Positions 60,219 through 64,000 of a stretch of 64,000 nucleotides of DNA are shown one piece after another. The DNA comes from Candidatus Hydrogenedentota bacterium. Lineage in GTDB: Bacteria; Hydrogenedentota; Hydrogenedentia; Hydrogenedentales; JAEUWI01. Both the position numbers and the translations under genes were made by a program. The stretch is taken from contig JAXMOL010000010.1 in NCBI GenBank assembly GCA_034669905.1, positions 97,037-161,036 of the forward strand. Reading direction: 5' to 3'. Under the pieces are notes generated by a model. That model had not been told where the DNA came from, did no database searches, and worked only from the letters and a program-made list of their open reading frames with translations. Positions within the stretch are counted from its first letter, which is position 1, and each line of letters starts with the position of its first letter.

Positions 60219-60866
60219 CTATTCCACGTCGGTCAGGGGAAACTCGGTGGGCAGTTTAATCTCGAAGAGCCCCATAAACTGGGCCAGAATCCGGTAGGTA
60301 AGTCCCCAGATGGTGTAGGGCCCATAGTTGAAACAGGAAAAGGCCCGTTGCTCGGGGTCGGGCGGATAGTAATAGGCCTCGATATTGGCCACGGCCCCCA
60401 GAAACTCCAGGGGCACCCACACGGTGGCGGCCACTTCGTAGTTGTGGGTCAGGGGGCCCGGCTCGGGGCAGTAGTAGACGATGGGACAGACCGCCAGCTC
60501 AAAAGTGCGGAGTCGCCCCCCGGCAATATCGCTCAGCCGCCCGATGACCATGTCTTCGGTGAGACGAAGCCCCACCTCCTCGAAGGTCTCCCGCCGCGCG
60601 GCGGCTTCGATGCTGGCATCCGTCTTCTCCACGTGGCCCCCGGGAAAAGCCATCTGTCCCGACCAGGGGTCGCCCTCGCGGTCAGACCGCTTCATGAAGA
60701 GGGTTTCGAGTCCGCCGTCTGGGCCCGGGCGCAAGACCATGGCCACGGCCGCGACCCGCTCCACCGATTCCGAGGGGCTCGTGTCCGCCTGAAAGGTGGC
60801 CAGCCGGGCCTGGATATCGGCAAGGGTATAGGTGCCCATGGGGGGGGGCGGCGGGGTGGTGTGCAC
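60219..60866 (-). CDS. Nudix hydrolase, CoA pyrophosphatase subfamily
   Basis: WSGQMAFPGG, AARRETFEEVG, IWGLT; AGGAG RBS before GTG 60866. Confidence 0.88.
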   Translation of the reverse strand: MHTTPPPPPMGTYTLADIQARLATFQADTSPSESVERVAAVAMVLRPGPDGGLETLFMKRSDREGDPWSGQMAFPGGHVEKTDASIEAAARRETFEEVGLRLTEDMVIGRLSDIAGGRLRTFELAVCPIVYYCPEPGPLTHNYEVAATVWVPLEFLGAVANIEAYYYPPDPEQRAFSCFNYGPYTIWGLTYRILAQFMGLFEIKLPTEFPLTDVE

Positions 60867-61153
60867 TGCAAACTCCTGAATCGTAGCGCCACCCAACCCC
60901 GCGGTCCAGGGGGATGACAATGGGGGCGCCATATTGTGTATTATACGATATTGCGATGGGTCGAAGAAATGGCCTGTTTTGCGCCCACGGCCCCGCGATG
61001 GTATAAGAGAGGCCGTGTTTTTGGCACGACGGGGGTCCTATTGAGCTGTTTGGACCCACGACTCTGCGTATATTCAACGGACGCCTCCACGTAATGTCGT
61101 TGGTGGGCGGTCCGTTTTAACCAAGGTAGTGTATTGTTTCGAAGGAGTTGACC

Positions 61154-62389
61154 ATGAATACCCTTTCTGGAGATAAAGCGGGCCAGGCCGCCAAGAGTGC
61201 CCTGGAAGCGGGCGAAGGCATCCTGCGCCTCTCCCCCACGTGGGTGCCCCGTTCCTTTCTGCAGCCGGGCCGCCGCCTCAAGTTGCACCCTCAGGATTAC
61301 TACGCGCTGGGCAAGCACCGGGGCGGTATCGATGAACGCTGGTTTGGTTCCACCACGCCGGCCGCCAATGATAACCGCAATGAAGACGAAGGCCTCAGCT
61401 ATGTGGTCCATGACGGCGCCCGCTTCACCCTGAAAGATGCCGTGGACGCCCTCGGCGGCGACATCATTGGTAAAGACATGTGGGACACCTACAAGAAGTG
61501 GCCCGTCTACTCCAAGTTCTTCGACAACATGGGCCCTATCCCCCACCACATGCACCAGAACGCCGAGCAGGCCGCCCTGGTAGGTCAGGAAGGCAAGCCC
61601 GAGTCTTATTACTTCCCGCCCCAGATGAATGCCATCGGTAACAACTTCCCCTACACCTTCATGGGCCTCGAGCCCGGCACGACCCGCGAACAGGTTCGCC
61701 GCTGCATCGAGAACTGGAACAAGGGCGACAACGGCATCCTCGATCTCTCCAAGGCCTACCGCCTCAAGCCCGGCACCGGCTGGATGATCGGACCCTGCAT
61801 CCTCCACGCACCCGGCTCCCTCGTGACCTATGAACCCCAGTGGGGCAGCGACGTCTTCGGCATGTATCAGAGCCTCGTCGAAGGCCGCGACGTACCCTGG
61901 GAACTCCTGGTCAAGGACATGCCCAAAGAGAAGCACCAGGACATCGACTTCATCGTGGACCAGCTCGACTGGGAATCCAACGTCGATCCGAATTTCAAAG
62001 ACAACCACTACCTCGAGCCCATCATCGACACCCAGGACGACGCCCACACGGATCGCTGGATTGTTTATGGCGGCGTAAAGGGCAAAGACTACTTCTCCGC
62101 CAAGGAGCTGACGGTAAACCCCGGCCAGAAGGTCACCATCACGGACAAGGGCGCCACGAGCCTGATCACCGTCCAGGGACGGGGCCGCATCGGCAACCTT
62201 TCCCTCGAGAGCCCCGACATGATTCGCTTTGGCGAAATGACCGAAGACGAAGTCTTCATCACGGCGAAGCGCGCCGGCGAAGGCTACGAAGTGGAGAACC
62301 TGGCGAAGGAATGCCCGCTGGTCATCCTCCGTTACTTCGGACCGGACGTCAACCCCCACGCCCCGGCCATCGGCAGTTACACGCGATAA
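61154..62389 (+). CDS. Cupin protein, class I mannose-6-phosphate-isomerase-like
   Basis: DERW, KFFDN..PHHMH, GKPESYYF, LHAPG, YEPQ..SD; AAGGAG RBS. Confidence 0.7.
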   Translation: MNTLSGDKAGQAAKSALEAGEGILRLSPTWVPRSFLQPGRRLKLHPQDYYALGKHRGGIDERWFGSTTPAANDNRNEDEGLSYVVHDGARFTLKDAVDALGGDIIGKDMWDTYKKWPVYSKFFDNMGPIPHHMHQNAEQAALVGQEGKPESYYFPPQMNAIGNNFPYTFMGLEPGTTREQVRRCIENWNKGDNGILDLSKAYRLKPGTGWMIGPCILHAPGSLVTYEPQWGSDVFGMYQSLVEGRDVPWELLVKDMPKEKHQDIDFIVDQLDWESNVDPNFKDNHYLEPIIDTQDDAHTDRWIVYGGVKGKDYFSAKELTVNPGQKVTITDKGATSLITVQGRGRIGNLSLESPDMIRFGEMTEDEVFITAKRAGEGYEVENLAKECPLVILRYFGPDVNPHAPAIGSYTR

Positions 62390-62567
62390 ACTGGGACTGC
62401 CTTCACGCCGTGGGGACCGCAAGTCCGCCAAAAAGAGCGTGAAGGCGTGAGGCTGTCCCGGCAGTGTAGGATGGCTTCGAATACGACAGACGGAATAGAC
62501 GACATAACATACTGCCGGTACAGTCCCTTCTCCGCCTTGGGCGGAGAAGATGACAGTCCCGCTTTGC

Positions 62568-62595
62568 CGTCATTCCCGCGAAAGCGGGAATCCAG
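62568..62595. repeat. dRS3-like palindrome
   Basis: cgtcattcccgcgaaagcgggaatccag (ATTCCC-N8-GGGAAT). Confidence 0.7.
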
Positions 62596-62664
62596 ACCAT
62601 AAATAATTGCAGGTACCAGGAAGATCGGCCACCGCGCCGGACAACCCAAAGGACAACATAGATC

Positions 62665-63561
62665 ATGAAACGAATCTCCATCGGCAGCTGGGCCTACAGC
62701 ATCGGGCCCTACGAAGAAAACCCCATCGAATGGGAAACCGTGCTGAAGACCCTCAAGGAAATGAACTTTGACGGCGTGGAAGTGGGCGGTTTCTCCATCC
62801 ACCCCAGCCCGGAAAACGCCCCCAACAAGGAAGACCGCGACAAGATCGTGGCCCAAGCCAAGGAAATCGGTATCGGCTTCTCCGGATTCGTGCCCAATCT
62901 CTGGGGCGAACAGCTCATCAACACGGAAGATAACTCCGGCTACATCAAGGCCTTCAAAGAAGCCGCCCAGTTTTCCCAGGACCTCGGTATCAAGGGCATC
63001 CGCGTCGACTGTGTACAGCCCCCCACCATCCACGACGAAATCGACTACGATGTGGCCAAAGACCGCCTTGTGAAGACCTGGTCGGAATGCTGCAAGATTG
63101 CCGCCGACAAGGGCTGCTATGTGACGTGGGAATTCGAACCCGGATTCGCCTTCAACAAGCCCTCCGACATCTTCCGCATCCTCGATGAGATCAAAGACGA
63201 AAACTTCGGTGTGGAATTCGACACCTGCCACGCTGAGATGGTGGCCGGTGTAGGTGCCCGTCAGCACGGCACCAAAGAAACCCTCCCCGGTGGCTGCCTC
63301 GAACTCGCCCAGAAGCTCAAGGGCAAGATCAACCACATCCACCTCATCGACTCCGATGGCACCCTTCACCACGACGAAACCAGCAGCCACCCGCCCTTTG
63401 GCGACGGCTACCTGAACTTCGACGAGATCGTGCCCGCCCTCAACGACGCAGGCTGCCCCCACGACTGGTGGACCATCGACCTCTGCTTCTGGCCCGACGC
63501 CTGGGCCGTCACCGAGCGCTGCAAAAACAGCATCGATGAACTGAACAAGAAATACGGCTGA
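62665..63561 (+). CDS. Sugar phosphate isomerase/epimerase (xylose-isomerase-like TIM barrel)
   Basis: FDGVE, WEFEPGF, FDTCH, HIHLIDSD, FGDG.LNF. Confidence 0.85.
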   Translation: MKRISIGSWAYSIGPYEENPIEWETVLKTLKEMNFDGVEVGGFSIHPSPENAPNKEDRDKIVAQAKEIGIGFSGFVPNLWGEQLINTEDNSGYIKAFKEAAQFSQDLGIKGIRVDCVQPPTIHDEIDYDVAKDRLVKTWSECCKIAADKGCYVTWEFEPGFAFNKPSDIFRILDEIKDENFGVEFDTCHAEMVAGVGARQHGTKETLPGGCLELAQKLKGKINHIHLIDSDGTLHHDETSSHPPFGDGYLNFDEIVPALNDAGCPHDWWTIDLCFWPDAWAVTERCKNSIDELNKKYG

Positions 63562-63573
63562 TAAGAGCCCCGA

Positions 63574-63603
63574 GCCCCCCGGAAACCCCGGGGGGCGACT
63601 TTT
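63574..63603 (+). terminator. Rho-independent terminator
   Basis: gccccccgg-aaacc-ccggggggc + gacTTTT. Confidence 0.7.
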
Positions 63604-63630
63604 GACTGACTCTCGGCGCCACCTCGCACC

Positions 63631-63795
63631 CTCGTTACCACGGTCCGCCGTGGTAATGCATACCCTTACGGTCCTCCGTAAGAAGGGTGGCGAGCGCAGC
63701 CCCAGGCAATCCGGAACAGCGTGGAGATCACGCAGAGAGTCTTGTTCCGCAGGAGCGGAACGATAGGCATTGCTACGGGGGACCGTAGCAACGAG
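63631..63795. repeat. REP-doublet-like inverted repeat
   Basis: ctcgttaccacggtccgccgtggtaatgc / gcattgctacgggggaccgtagcaacgag. Confidence 0.72.
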
Positions 63796-63796
63796 G

Positions 63797-63874
63797 AAAA
63801 GACCCAAAAGACCCAAAAGACCCAAAAGACCCAAAAGACCCAAAAGACCCAAAAGACCCAAAAGACCCAAAAGA
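63797..63874. repeat. Perfect tandem repeat (AAAAGACCC)x8 plus partial unit
   Basis: Counted directly in the sequence. Confidence 0.95.
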
Positions 63875-63879
63875 GTACT

Positions 63880-64000
63880 TTACCCTTTGGCGATCAAGGC
63901 ATCCCCGGCAAATTTGTGCGCCAGCTTCTGCCAGAAAATCTGGACCGTTTCCTGCCTTTGGCGGAACTGGCGGGCAAGGTCACGCCCGTGATAAATCAGG
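63880..64000 (-). CDS. 3' end of an unidentified CDS running off the window
   Basis: Open minus frame ...LIYHGRDLARQFRQRQETVQIFWQKLAHKFAGDALIAKG* ending just before the tandem repeat. Confidence 0.5.
   Translation of the reverse strand, partial: LIYHGRDLARQFRQRQETVQIFWQKLAHKFAGDALIAKG

Noticed and set aside
60840..60848. G9 tract at the start of the Nudix gene as a phase-variation site
   Set aside because: Encodes a poly-Pro stretch in a GC-rich genome, and a downstream Met could bypass it
62377..63991. ORFs with GLL or KRP repeats
   Set aside because: Translations of the 9-bp VNTR and antisense to the real epimerase gene

Overview
GC-rich (roughly 60-65% by eye) bacterial chromosomal window with about 48 protein genes. 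I see no rRNA, tRNA, CRISPR array, transposase or prophage. Two prepilin-type DUF1559 genes carrying the [16 protein letters not shown] motif, together with PEP-CTERM, DUF1080/heme-dehydrogenase and XPB genes, suggest Candidatus Hydrogenedentes or a similar lineage (inference). Core content: comEC (partial), addAB, XPB helicase, recO, rarA, an AlkD-like protein, lepA-lepB-lepB, hemW, an nfeD/floA operon, a CHASE4 hybrid kinase, several alpha/beta hydrolases and sugar-metabolism enzymes. Most notable observations: (1) the two DUF1559 genes, 12 kb apart, share a promoter and an ordered set of 5'-leader motifs, suggesting a family-wide cis-regulatory leader on variable-core pilin-like proteins; (2) a DnaA-type AAA+ domain is fused to a long coiled coil in place of the DNA-binding domain; (3) an exported protein with 12 Cys-containing tandem repeats; (4) a family of 9/10-bp-period intergenic repeats arranged as inverted pairs; (5) tandem signal peptidases, one with a catalytically dead second domain; (6) unannotated small ORFs. 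All functional calls are from motif recognition only; no searches were run.
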